A DNA stretch of 64,000 bases from Ruditapes philippinarum (taxonomy: Eukaryota), in assembly GCF_026571515.1 (NCBI RefSeq), contig NW_026864408.1, positions 1-64,000 on the forward strand. Reading direction: 5' to 3'. Positions 27,001 to 40,400 of the stretch are shown one piece after another (positions within the stretch are counted from its first letter, which is position 1; each line of letters opens with the position of its first letter). The translations under genes and the position numbers were made by a program. The notes under the pieces are model-generated. The model saw nothing but the letters and a program-made list of their open reading frames with translations. It ran no database searches and was not told where the DNA came from.

Positions 27001-30000
27001 TCAACTAGTGACCCTTTCATGATAAAAATTCGCCTGCCACAAGCCATTAAACACTCTGCTATCTTTTCAGTATCTTTTGAGTTGACTATTTCCGGTTCTG
27101 ATTCAGTTTCTTTATCTTCCTCTTGTTTTTGACAGCTTTCTTTTGAACTTCTTGCCCCCGTATCTTCATCTTGGTTTTCATTTGGACAAAATGAACGTGT
27201 TGGCGTGTACACTTTTTTAAATCTTCGACCATATAAGCAATCTTTATGACTGGGTGAACTGTTATCTTTCCGGCTCATGATCTTACTCAGGTTTGGTTTT
27301 GCACATCTATTTCGTGAAACTTTAACCTGACCGAAAAGGTCTTGAAATATTTTCAGAGCGTTTCGTTTCCACATTTTTCGTTTTCGTGACCATATGCAAG
27401 CGTCTCTATATTCTTCTTTCGACAAGGATCTTAATAAAATACGTTGTTTTTCACCTTGTTTTCTCTCCGGCCAAAGTATCTTTGCGTCAATATAGATCAT
27501 TGTTTCTTCAAGTTTCTCTCTTTCTTTCTGATTACCAAGGACATACTCTAATTCCTCCTCATTAAACTCTGTATATTCTATTTCATCTTCACTGTCATCG
27601 TCTTTGTCTCTAGAGGGAATAAACTTTGGCTTTGGTTTAATTTTGGGTTTTTGTTTTTGGGCGTTACTTGAGTGTTTGATTGAACCAATACCATGATGTT
27701 GTGCTCTTTCTCGCTCTTGCGTGATTGCTGAAATTAAGAATTCGTAAAGGCATATTAAGAAGACAATTTGTTTAACTTCTTAGCATAACTTTAAATGGAA
27801 AAGCATGGAATACGCATACAATTGCCTATTTTCCGATCAGAATTCAAATGCATAATATTAATTGCATCATGAGCAACTGATAAGGTGCTTATTTGTGTAT
27901 TTACGCAATAAATTGTACAAAAATCTTCACCACAATGTTAACGTAAAAGACCTACCGATATAAAAGTCCGGATCAAGCATTTTGGCAGTATCTTCTAGTT
28001 TACAGTCAATCAAAATATTTAGGAAAGACCTGTACCAGTCCATTACGCGTCGTGGAAGATACATTAACAAAATGCAAGCAGCTCTAAGTGCACCATGATT
28101 GTTCTCTTCAGATGTTATCTCTTGTACATCCTCTTGCGTGAACACTCCTTTGCTTAAAAGATGAGGCAAAAGCTCTGATGGTCTTATTAAACCTATAAGT
28201 TCTGGGGCAAAGAGTTCGACAATTCGTACAAAGTTCCTGTCCTCAGGGTCATATTCGCCATCGAGGATTCTCACAATTTTAGGGTAGCCTAAAACAAGAA
28301 TGCTTCATATATTTAGCTCAAATTGAATCATATCTGACAATATCATTATTCAAAATGATCTTCAAATATCTTTAACAGATGTCAAACAATTCAATCACCA
28401 TTAATTAATCACTTATCATTCTGTTAATCTTTTAAAATATCTTGGATTTGTCACAATTTCGATAACAAATTATTATATTTCACGACTGATGTATATAAAA
28501 CTTGTAGCTTTTAGTGAATGAAAACAAATATAGCTGGTTGTGTTATATGTGTGAATTGAATACAGAGACCAATATTTAAGGTATAAGTGAAACGCAAGGA
28601 CATTCTTGGTGTAAATATTTAATAACAAAATGTCTGTTCTTGCCGAGACGCTTAACATCGTCAATATCAATGGGTTGATTCTTTTATGTATAAGAAATCC
28701 CTTTGAACCTACGAACCTATCAAGTTTGAGAAAGACACTGTATCTACATAAGGGTTCCTAAAATTTTAACACTTTTAACACTTTTAAGTCTCTTTTCGTT
28801 ATAAGAACTGGAAATTTGGCAATTGTTATTTCTTATCTAATCAGCGACATATCAGATATATATTTGTGTAAAAAGTACCTCCATTTTGTTCCAAAGCATC
28901 CCTTAATGCTGCAAATCTCCCTGGATCCTCTACACTGTCTAATAACATATCTAAAGCTTTTCTAGATGCTCTGATGGGACTTTTTTCCGCCAAAATGTCT
29001 GATTTTTGGTCTGAAAGAGTACAGTTTTAGTACATTTAGGAATATAACGAGTTAGTTAATTAGCATAAAGAAGGTGTGAGAGACATAATTTATGTAAACG
29101 CGTCTTTTATTTAATCTAGAATTAGTGAACTCAAGACCCATAGGGGCCTCAACTTCCTGAAAATTTTAAAGACACCAAGAAAAGTCAATTTTAGTGAATA
29201 ATGAAGTTGTATTATTGAATATTGAACTTGTATTTGTGAATAATGAAGCTGTGATAGCTGTATCAGAGAATACTAAAGTTGTACTAGTGAATAATGAAGT
29301 TTTATTAGTAAAAATGAAGTTAAAATAGTAAGTAAGGAAGTTATAATCGTAAATAATAAAATTATAATAGTGAATAATAAAGTTGTATTAGTGCATAATG
29401 AAGTAATAATAGCGAATACTGAAGTTGTAACAGTGAATGAATAATGAAGTTATAAAAGTGAATAATGAAGGTGTATTAATGAAACGTGAATAATGTAGTG
29501 AAAAATTAAGTTGTATTAGTGAATAATTAAGCTGTAATAGGGAATAATGAAGCTTTATTGGGGAATATACTGTACAGTTATATGCTATTCTTCAAAATTC
29601 AAACATTTTAATAATTTTCACACAGAATAAAGCAGAATTACGTGCCACTTTGTAAACGTTAGATTTAAGTTTTATTTTAAATCATAACACAATTCATCAA
29701 AATATTTCAGCACCATTGCCAAAACAACTAAAACATTGAAGAGAGAAAGGGGGACAGAGGGGGAAGAGGAAGAGAGAGAGAGAGAGAAAAGAGCATGATC
29801 ACAATTTTACCTGGGGTATAACATTGCAAGTATTGGATGAGAACATCTGGTTTTATACAATGGCTGATGTAGATCAAATGCTTTCTCAGGTTCTTTTCAA
29901 TTATTTCATCTCTCGAATAGTTTGTATCTTCTGCCTCTTCTTGTTCTTCTTCTTCATGTTAAAAGAGATAGAATTGAATAAAATATTTTCTTTTTTTACA

Positions 30001-30272
30001 ATTTACATATCAATCTATAATTTTTTATTAAAACCATAAAATCCTATTAAAGATAGAAATAAAGACATAAATTTTTGTATTAGCTTGACTTCAAGGGCAT
30101 GGTAATTTATTATTTTAATCTTTTATATATTATTTATTTATTTATTTCATTTATTTATTTATTTACTATCTAAATTATAAATTGATTAATTTATTAATTT
30201 TTTATTTAATTATTTATCTTTTTAAACTTATTATTTATTGTAACTTACACACTCATTCATTCATTCATTCAT

Positions 30273-30318
<46 letters not shown>

Positions 30319-33300
30319 AATACATTGATTAATTTGTTTATCAAATTATNNNNNNNNNNNNNNNNNNNNNNNNNNNNNNNNNNNNNNNNNNNNNNNNNNN
30401 NNNNNNNNNNNNNNNNNNNNNNNNNNNNNNNNNNNNNNNNNNNNNNNNNNNNNNNNNNNNNNNNNNNNNNNNNNNNNNNTTAATTTATTCATTTGTTTAT
30501 TTAATTATTTATTGTTTTAAGCTATATTTATTCATCAATTAATTAATTGATTCATTCATTCATTCTTTCATTCATTCATTCATTCATTCATTCATTCATT
30601 CATTCATTTATTTATTTATTTATTTAACTAATACATTGATTAATTTATTCATTTGTTTATCAAATCATTTATTGTTTAAAGCTTTATTAATAAATTAATT
30701 AATTAATTTATTTATTTATTTATTCATTCATTCATTTATTTTATTTATTTATTTATTATTTAACTAAAACATTGATTAATTTATTCATTTGTTTATCTAA
30801 TTATTTATTGTTTAAAGCTATTTTTATTCATCAATTAACTAATTAATTCATTCATTCATTCATTCATTCACTCACTCATTCATTCATTTATGTTTTAAAA
30901 CTTTATGTATTTATTAATAAATAATTCGTTAATTTATTTATCTATTTATTCATTCATTTATTCATTCCTAAATTTATTTATTTATTTATTTATTTATTGA
31001 CATAATCTTAAATAGCTTTTAAATTACCCTTTCAAATACTCATTTAACACTTATTATGATGGGCCTTAAGCCCGTCTCACACAAAACACGGTTGGACACA
31101 CGATTCCCATACGGTATACTCGGTTATACACGGGTTGACTGGTACGAGTTTTGAGCTTCAATCGTGCTTGTGGATTAGTTGGCACGAATTAGACTCGAAT
31201 ATAGCACGAGTATGTACGAATTGAGCACGGATATACTCGGTCAAGCAAGGTTTGAACACGATTTGCATACGAATATATACGACTGCTGTACGGTTCCAAG
31301 TACGGTCTAGTACGGTCTGGTACGATTAAACACGACTTTTACTCGATTTACTCGACTTTCACAGGGTTTACATAGGGTCCCGCCGACTTTTGTTCGAGTA
31401 AAACTCGAAATATCAAACATTTGTGTATGTTTTGATATAAATTAACCCGTTTTGATGTCTTGGCTTTCGAAATTTCAACAAAGAACACCTGTATATAGAT
31501 CATTATAAAACTGCACGTTCGTAACGTCGCTTTTCATTGGATAATCGTGACGTTTAAATAGTTTTATATACACGGCTGTTGTCGATTTATAAAGAAATCT
31601 CGCTTTATTCCTCTAAAAATGATGCTTGCTGGGTTATATTTTACAAACAGCCGTTTATATAAGGCCATATAACCTGTCAACAATCTTTTTAACTAATATT
31701 AACATCAATAAATGAATAAAAAGGTGAAGCAATGTAAAATGAATGTGTCTTTTTTCTGTTGTGCAGCGGTTGCTGGAGGGTCCACCGAGCTGGCATTGGA
31801 GTCTGAATCCCTGGGAGACACGGTTATTGCCGGTTGGTCCTCCACCTTATCAGGGTCAATAAGTTTGAGTGGTCGGTGGGCCTGGATGGTTCTTCTTGTA
31901 TTCCTTCTATGCGTCCAAGACTTCTTCTTTGGATACATTCTAGTGTGATGCAGCAAGCACTATTGGTAGGGTGGCAGCAGTTAGTTGTGTTTTTTGTACC
32001 GTTCTTGCTGAGCCGTGTTAGACCGTACGAGGCAGTGTGAGACCGTGTATACCCGTACTTTACCGTGTCGGCCATGTATGTTTCGTATATGAACCGTATT
32101 GGTCATATGGCGATCGTATGAAACCGTGTGTGCACTGTTTTGAATTACCTATCTTGTGCAATTTGGTGTTAATCGGTGTATGTAGGACTTGGGGAGGCCC
32201 CTCGAAGTTCCCAACGATTTAATACGACCTTTGAAGGGTTTGGGGCCCCCACTCGGGGAAAATGGACTTCACATTTACGGGTATAAGGCCCCCTCATACG
32301 GTCTCCAACGGCCCCTTTACGGTTTGACGGGTGCTTATACGGTTGATAAACGGACAGGGCATCCGTACCATTTTTTTTTAAAATTTTTAAAAATCATACA
32401 CGGCTTACACGGATACACTCGAATTGCCCGAGTGTAACTCGGATAACGCTACGGTTAGTTCGGTTGAATGTACGGTTTACACGGGTGGCCAACCGTGTAA
32501 GCCGTGTGTCCTGTGTGAGATGGGCTTTATCGCTTGTTCAAGGAAAAGGGATTGGGTATAGTAAGAGGGATTGCAGTATTGTGACGTAATTTTATCGTGG
32601 TACTTCCTTCATCTCATTGACAATGAAGTGTGATAAAATGAATACACTTCGAAATATAAAGTCAAGTGTCAAATTATTATTCAAACACATGCAGATATTT
32701 TAAATACAATACATATACTATACTAGGCAACATAACCTTATTAACTGAAATAGTACGGACACCTTTTTTAATCTACGATAGTACATAAACCTACTTATTT
32801 CAAACCTGGAATAGTTACTTTAACTAATGAATATCCAGCATTTGCACTAAGTGATGTCATAATGTAAATCATTTACGGCTCCAAACATCAATTTAGCTTC
32901 GATTTGTGTTGTTGTTTTTTTTCTTCTTTTTTTCTTCTTTTTTGTTGTTGTTGTTTTTTTTTTTCTTTTTTTTTTCTTTTTCTAAATAAAAAATACAAAT
33001 ATTAAATGAACATTTTACTCTATTTATCTTCGATCCAAGTCAAAACATCCATATAGACTCCATAGTGTACGCTTGCATTCTAGCCTCGTTTTTATTTTTC
33101 AGGTCCAAAAGTTCCATATCAAAAGAATATTGTACTTGTAGAAACTGTACCATTAATACAAAAAATAGGTTAAGTATGTTTTTTTCCTAGGAATATGGTT
33201 GTGCAATACATGTATGTAGCAATTTATTGAGTATCGCAATATTTATCTTGCAATATGTATTGTAAGATGTTTTCAGATATCGCAATATATTAAAGCTATA

Positions 33301-34387
33301 AAATTTAAATAAAAACATAAAATTCTTTTAAAGATAGAAGTGTAATCACATTGCATTACCTTGACTTCAAATGACATTTACAATTTTACATTAACTTATT
33401 TAAACTTTTTCATTTACAATGCCATTTTAACACATTGTGCAATCTTTCATTAAAGGCAGTGCCTCTGACATACCATATATTGGGACATAATATTAAATGA
33501 TAAACTCTTTAATTAAGTCATTTAATATAGTTAACAATATATCGCAATAAAGTTCAATATGCCTGTAAATATTGCAATATATCGCAATATGATTTTTCTT
33601 TGCAATATCCACCCCTACTTTAGAATCTGCGGTGTGAAATAAAAAAAGTCCTTTACACAGGGTTTGTGTACAAACTGATTCTTTTTGGATTTGTACACTT
33701 TGCAAAGCCATAACGGGTGGGTTACCCCCCTCGTTCAAATAAAATTTCAATATAGGTTTAAATAATTTCAGTAGCGCAACGAGTAAAAAACCTAGTTTAT
33801 ATATTACAGTATAGCTGTTCTACGTACCTGAAGTATTTAAAAGTAGTAATTTTGTAAAACTAAATTTAGAATGTATAGCCTGATTTTTTGGTGACCTGTT
33901 GAAAATGTGTTTACAAGTACACATACATACCCAGTGCGTTAAGTACTACATACCATGCTCATTGATTGCTTCATTTTTTTCATTTATCACAACTTTATCA
34001 TCTTAATTAACTGTAATGCTTTATTACTACAGTACTCAACAATAAATTAAAGCGCTTTCTTTACATGTGATTTTTTTAAGTAAGTGAATTTGCATATTTA
34101 CCCGACACTTTTGGTAATTTGCCAGTTGTATCAACGGCAAAGTCCGTCTGCGTGTTCGTAGAAGCGCGTGCAGGTGTATGTAGGTGTACGTCAGACTGTG
34201 AGCCTTGATCTTTTGTATTACATTTCGTGATTGACGAACATTTTAAATGATTACGACAGAAGACATAATCATCTGGTGACATATTTGCAAATTTTAGCTG
34301 CAAAGACACGACAGGATCCTCGTAACTTGCCTCGGCTGACTGTTCATCAAGCTCTAACTTACACGGCCTTTTGTTTTCTTGGCTCAT
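24100..34387 (-). CDS. Tandem-CARD (RIG-I-like 2CARD) + PARP14-like KH segment + macrodomain protein, 716 aa, 7 coding exons
   Basis: Exons 34387-34102, 29951-29811, 29010-28879, 28288-27956, 27727-26918, 26426-26171, 24292-24100. All introns GT-AG, phases 1,1,1,1,1,2; 2151 nt open, TGA at 24102-24100. CARD1: LRKHLIYISHCIKPDVLIQYL...DPGRFAALRDALEQNGGYPKIVRIL. CARD2: IVELFAPELIGLIRPSELLPHLLSKGVFTQEDVQEI...DWYRSFLNILIDCKLEDTAKMLDP. Macro: KGSLVDIEAEAVVNTTN...AKYVIHVNSP...IAIPAIGCGYSG|WPAKTAAPLIVGAVRNFF. Exon 1 and the exon 2 acceptor are the least certain parts. Confidence 0.85.
29190..29560. repeat. ~21-bp minisatellite (gtgaataatgaagttgtatta)
   Basis: Many diverged copies in intron 2 of the CARD-macro gene. 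Confidence 0.85.
30120..31000. repeat. Compound (TTTA)n/(TTCA)n satellite with higher-order unit; contains assembly gap 30350-30479
   Basis: The spacer taactaatacattgattaatttt recurs between microsatellite blocks. Confidence 0.85.
31069..32526. mobile_element. PIF/Harbinger non-autonomous DNA transposon
   Basis: TIRs AGCCCGTCTCACACA / TGTGTGAGATGGGCT. 3-bp TSD TTA at 31066-31068 and 32527-32529. Dense subterminal ACACGG/TACGG/CCGTGT repeats. No transposase. Confidence 0.85.
33189..33618. mobile_element. Probable decayed hAT-type MITE with subterminal TATCGCAATA repeats
   Basis: ATCGCAATA/TTGCAATAT motifs cluster at both ends; right end cacccCTA; left terminus degenerate. Confidence 0.4.
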
Positions 34388-35821
34388 TTTTAAGAATATA
34401 AACAGATAATAAACACTCCTTAGTATGTAAATTGCATCCTCAACAAATACTTTGCATTCAACGTATTCAGTGATATATATAACCTAATTATAAACTATTT
34501 GCGTAAAATATGATCCGTTTCTCCAGCTGTTAAAGATATAATGTATCATACGCCAAAAATTTGCACATTTAGCCGGGCATAAAGCAATGTTATTATATAA
34601 TTTTTATGCATATTTGCAAGTCATTTTACTCCACACAATATTAAACCTTTTTTATTTGATTAACATAGTTTATAACACAGGATACTAGATATAACGCTGT
34701 CACTTAAACACATATTATGACAATATAGATCCAGGTTAAATATATAGATTTTATGCACTACCTAACAAGAAGGTAAAGCTAGTGTTTTGTTTACGATTAA
34801 ATATGAATGAACAAATACTCGTTTCGTGGAATTGAAATTGAAATAGATTTCCATTTAAAGGTAGCTATCCGATTTAAAGTCCTATATCTTCATTCAACCA
34901 TGAAACGACGTAAAAATGGTGACCTTAACTTTTACACATTTATTATAAACTTAAAGCGGCTATTTCCTTAAGCTCTTTAAAACAGTATATAGCCTCTGTA
35001 ATTAGGGTCATAAGTCTACATTTTACATATGTTATAAAACGATTATAATCTTCAGTTATGTTTTAACATAATTGTAATAGGATATACAGGTAAACTGTCT
35101 GACATTTTAGTAAATACTTCAATCTGGTCCTATAATGTGCGTTTATCATTATCATATCATAGATGAGATAATAATAATGAAAGACTGTGTTGTAAGAGTA
35201 TCTTTAAATGATAAATTACTTTATCTTTGTCTCTCTTGAATTTTACTAGAACGCCGCTCATCGGCGGCTCTAGAAAAATCCACTAACATTAGATCAACCT
35301 ACACTTACCACATAAGTAAGTATATTAATCAACAAGGAAATAATACAACAGTGTCTGTGTGGTTAGTCTGTATATTTAAGAATCACTTAGTCAGCTCATT
35401 CACAATGCGGCAGTAAATTGTTGTACAAGAGTTCACATTAGTTAGTCATAATTTATAAAACCCTTTCCGTTTGTGACGAAAAATCTAATTTGACGGTCTT
35501 GAAGTTTATATAACATTTATATTCTTATGAATTGAATTATTAATAATTATGTTATTTTCCACAGATTTTCACTCCAGATTTTCGATTGTTTTTCCCATAT
35601 GATCAGCCCGTATTTTTTCGACCCCAAACGTCTATCGTTTTTTTTAAAAAGGGCCGAATGCGGGGCAATTTTAAAATTGCTTTTTAATCAAAATTATCAG
35701 CATGTGTTGACAAACCAATTTACCCCATATGTATAGAGCCGCTCAAACCCAGCCGCGCACCCCCACCCCGATCAGGATAAAACCCTTTCGCTTACCAACT
35801 CTATAACAAGAAGAGAAACTG

Positions 35822-35929
35822 ATAGCGAACGGCATGGATCCTGATCAGACAGCGCGGATGCGCAGGCTGGACTGGATTCATGCTGGTCGCAAACGCACTA
35901 TGTTGGTTTTGTCGCGACGCGGTTCATAT
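35822..35929. mobile_element. Palindromic non-autonomous repeat fragment
   Basis: gcatggatcc...gcgcggatgcgcaggctg...ggattcatgc hairpin followed by the terminus gttggttttgtcgcgacgcggttcata. Related decayed hairpin repeats near 43820-44040 and 46290-46500. Confidence 0.6.
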
Positions 35930-36856
35930 CTTTGTTCATAAAACAGACACAGATTTTAGCATATTGTATAATTCTATCACTTTTTTCACAACAGAAATAT
36001 ATCCATGAATCAAATTTACAACTTACAATACAAGTTCAAAATATAATTAAATCAAATATACAATATTCCATAATGAAAATGACAAATTATGTAAAACTTT
36101 TTTTTACAAGCAATGCATTATTGATTATGATTTATAAAATTTCGATATACCACACGTGACTTTTACTTCTGCTAGGTAATTTTTACTTATGATGGGGAAT
36201 ACATCTAATACGTCGAGTAAAATTACAAAAAAAAATACATTTGCAATTGTTGTTGTTGTTGTTGTCATATAGATATAAAGCTATAATACCATATTTTGGG
36301 TCTACTACAATTAATTTTGTAAAATGTTCACATTTCTTTGATTGTCCGTGTATTCCAAACAAATAGTGGGCTTGCTTGCTTGCTCTTTTTTTTCTTTTTT
36401 TTTTTTGCCTTAAACGCGGCCTTCATTTGTCTTTGAATGTAAAATTCGAGGGGATTCGAAATTTTAACCACAGAAAATTAACTAAATTTATGCGTCGGGT
36501 ATATTTTACCCACGCTAGCAAACTAGATTTCACATGAAAACTTGTGCTAAATTGTAAAATTGCGTGTATATTTTAAATTATATTTTAAGATTTTATTTAG
36601 CTTAAGATTTCACACGGATGAATAACTTGTGTCTGCCGTAGTATATCAAATATATGTAAGGTCACGTGGTCTTAGATACAATATATGATACATTAATATA
36701 ATGTAATTGATATTTTAAGGGGAATAAAAATATGTACGATTCACACCTGGCTGCACAAACAAAATATATTTCAAAAGCGTTTGCATACAATGTTGTACTT
36801 TTAAAGAAATACTTTTATTATTGATACGAAGAAGTTTCAAATATAGATAAAAAAAC

Positions 36857-36930
36857 AGTAGCATCAGCTCTTAAAAACGCTAAGTATTTTGAAAGTAGCA
36901 TCAGCTCTTAAAACGCTAAGTATTTTGAAA
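36857..36930. repeat. Tandem duplication, ~37 bp x2
   Basis: agtagcatcagctcttaaaa(a)cgctaagtattttgaaa occurs twice. Confidence 0.85.
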
Positions 36931-37449
36931 AATGTTAGATCTTTAAACATTGATCAGATTTGAGAAAATGCGAGGTATCGAACGAACGTTTATATATACA
37001 TGTACATACCTTGCAATACTTTTGTAATACTCTGAAAGTAGTTGCCTAAAAGCATCTTTCAAAACAAGTTGATTTTTGTTTATTTGTTTTTTTTCCCTCG
37101 GTCCTCAGGGATTGAGATAAATATAGCAGACTGGTAAACATTAAATCCCCATATAATAGCAGCAATGTATAATGGAGACATTTTTAAAATTAACCCTAGA
37201 AAAACAACGTTTTTCGAGCTTTTCTTACTTTTTGCATTTATCGTATGGTGCACTTTCGTCTTTTCGCTTATAATGGAAAGGCGAAACTGACACAAAACAA
37301 AAACCACAGAATATCAACACAAAGTCACAAGTTTAACAGTAAGAAATATGTTTTGGCATTATTTTATGAAAGCGTCTATATCACTTATGCGCACAACAAA
37401 CAAGCGTCTGTTTGAAAAGGCTCGCCCATATCAGGCACTATTCGGGTCG

Positions 37450-40400
37450 CTATCTCGCATTTAGAATGGCTTTAAATTCTGAAATTTAAAAACAAAAGAA
37501 CTTTTGCATATTATGATATAGGAAAATACTATGCTAATCTTTGGGTTAAATATTTTTATTGCAGAAATTTATTGAAATCTAGTAAATTCTTCTTGAATTG
37601 CGAAATGGGATGCAGTATTCCCTATTACTTGTCAAATTCATTTGGTCAATTTTAATAAAAACTCCCAGATTTTTAATGACGCGATGTGATTATATGTACC
37701 GAATTACATTAAAACATATATGTTATTGTTTAGGTATAAGGAAGAATAATACCTCTGTAGTCCACTTTGCCATCACGGTTAAGGTCAGCCTCGTTAATCA
37801 TCTTTTGAGCCTCATGCTGTCAAAACAGAACAACAATAATGTATAGTACATGAGATCAAATCCTGCTGTAAGATATGTTAGTAGTCGTTATTAAAGGATT
37901 TAACCCTTTTACAAATAATGTTGAATTTAAAGCTGCGCGCCCCCGCAAAATATATTTAAAAATCGAATTTGAAGAAATAACTAAGATATTCAAGTAATAA
38001 TTTACATGTAACGTAAGACTGAATTTTGCAGTATTTATCACTCTATTTCAACTGTGTGACTAACGCAGTAAATGCTTCTTTTGCATGTTTTGAACTCTTT
38101 TTGGTCATTTGCTTGTATTGTAAGTGCCGATTGCAATATGTAAATTACTTAGATTGTTCACCTCACAGTAGTTTACTTTTAAATACAAACTTTTATGAAA
38201 ATGAGCATGAATCTGAAGGCGTGCTGTTTTAAATATGTTATGCCCCGAATAGCCTGGTTTTCTGATTTTGTTAAATAATTTATAAAAAAATGGGGTCGGC
38301 ATAAGACGTTGACGTAAGGTGCGTCACCAATTGTCTTATTAATTAAACGTTTGTAGCGTCGATATAATCGAACCATTGCCACTAAATATCGCACTATTGC
38401 CGCTAAATGTCGCACCATTGCCGCTAAATGTCGCATAATCTTCTGCCGTTAAATGTCACATAATCTTCTGCCGTTAAATGTTGCAATTCTAACGTTAAAT
38501 ATCGCACGATTTTCCATTGCTGTCAAATTTCGCAACACTGCCGTTTAATGTCGTAATATGCATGATAAAATTAAGTAAGATGGTGGTATTTGATTACAAT
38601 AAACATTGAGTAAATGTTTGTATATATTTAGAAACTTTTGGACAGAAAGGAATGTCCCGTTCCATCTGCCGACACAAGATGAAAAATCTTTTTTAAAGTG
38701 GATTTGTCTACAATTGGTACATTTTCAAGAAATATTTCAAATATTGATAAAACAATAGAAACGTGTCATTTTGTATTCTTACATAATATTTTAGAACAAA
38801 AAATGTTTATCTAGTTCTACATGATTTAATATGACAAATACATTGTATATGTTGAATTAGTAACATTTATTTCTAGTCCATTTTATTACATTTTATTATC
38901 AGCAACCACAAAAATAATCATTTTATGGTTTGTTGTCACACATGATGCTTAAAAATATTAACATAAATATTTACGGCATTACATATTTTCCATCATAGAC
39001 CAATTCACTTTAAATGGCCTTTTTGTGTAAAAACCATTGAATTACGCCGGTATATGTTAGATGCGTGTAATACTCATCTTATAAGTGTATTGCAGTGCGT
39101 ACTTTTGCAAATTAATAACTAGACTAGTGTCCGTCTACTTGCCCATCCCCACCCCCAACCGCTGTGGGTTCGAATCCTGCTAAATCCTGCTAAGACTTGG
39201 GATTCTTTCATGTGATGAAGCTTTACAGGTAGCTTACGGAACGTCGGTGGTTCTACTTAGCTTCCCGATTGTGCACGCAGGGGCACTCCAACAGTAAAGA
39301 TGGAAAGTCGCTATATGACTTTTAGTGTGACGTTTTAATGTCTAAAAACTAATTAAGTCTTTGCATCTCCTAATTAGAAGTTTTAAAAACTGATAATGAG
39401 AAATAATTTCTTATTTGTTCTTTGAATAAAAGCCAGGTTAGTAGTTACAAAGGTCAAATTAGATTATTATCCCCTCTTTAGGGCTTACAAAGACCTAAGT
39501 AAGATTTTATTTGTTAACTCCCTATGATATTAAATATTATTTATGAGTAAAGATTCCTAGTTATTTAGTTGAAACTTGGAGTATCAAAGCTAAAGTAAGA
39601 TTTATCTTCTATTAAGATTTATAAACTTCTTATTATGTTAAACTTAAATTTCTTAAAAATATTTAGATTTTGCAACAGACGGTACCTTAACAGATGTTCG
39701 ACCATGCGACCACATACATGCATCGAGGACATGTTGGAAGGAAATGACCGTGCGACCACATACACGCATCACAGGATTCCCCTAAACAGTTGTCCGCTCT
39801 TTTATTAAAGGGCAGACCTAAAAACGTGCCATTTCCTTTTCGTAATTTATAAGGAGGCTATTTTTCACAGATATGTCTTGAATTGGTTTATATACAACAA
39901 TAATAATGCAAATCAAGTGGGGAATCAGTTTTCGTCCTTTAAGTCCGCTTTGAAATTTTAAAAAGATCATATCTAATTTCTTGGAAAAGTTTGAATTTAG
40001 AGTTTTTTCTACTTTTCATTTTGTGTATATAATAGAATTATTTCATTTTTGCAAAACATGAACGTTTCAGAAACGTTTTATATGCATTGAATATCTATTT
40101 CACACTTTGTTTGCAAAATATTAACCTGGGGGCATTTTTGTCAAAATACGCATTTAATTTCTGCATTCGACTTACGCTATTTGTAATAGAAAATTTAATG
40201 TGATGGGCTGCACGAAAAAAAAAGATTACACTTAAGCAGCCGACAATTCTGACATCATATTTACAAGCCTTGTAAAATGCACTTTCAAGCTTCCATTTTT
40301 TTAGAACTGATCAATCTTGGAATATCAAGATAGAAATTTCTAAAGTTAGCCAGCCATATGTTCAGAACCGGTTCAGTATACTGGTGAATTCATTTCAGTT

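Noticed and set aside
31705-32437. Cluster of 60-83-aa ORFs
   Set aside because: Internal to the Harbinger-type non-autonomous element; no transposase or Myb/SANT motif recognisable.
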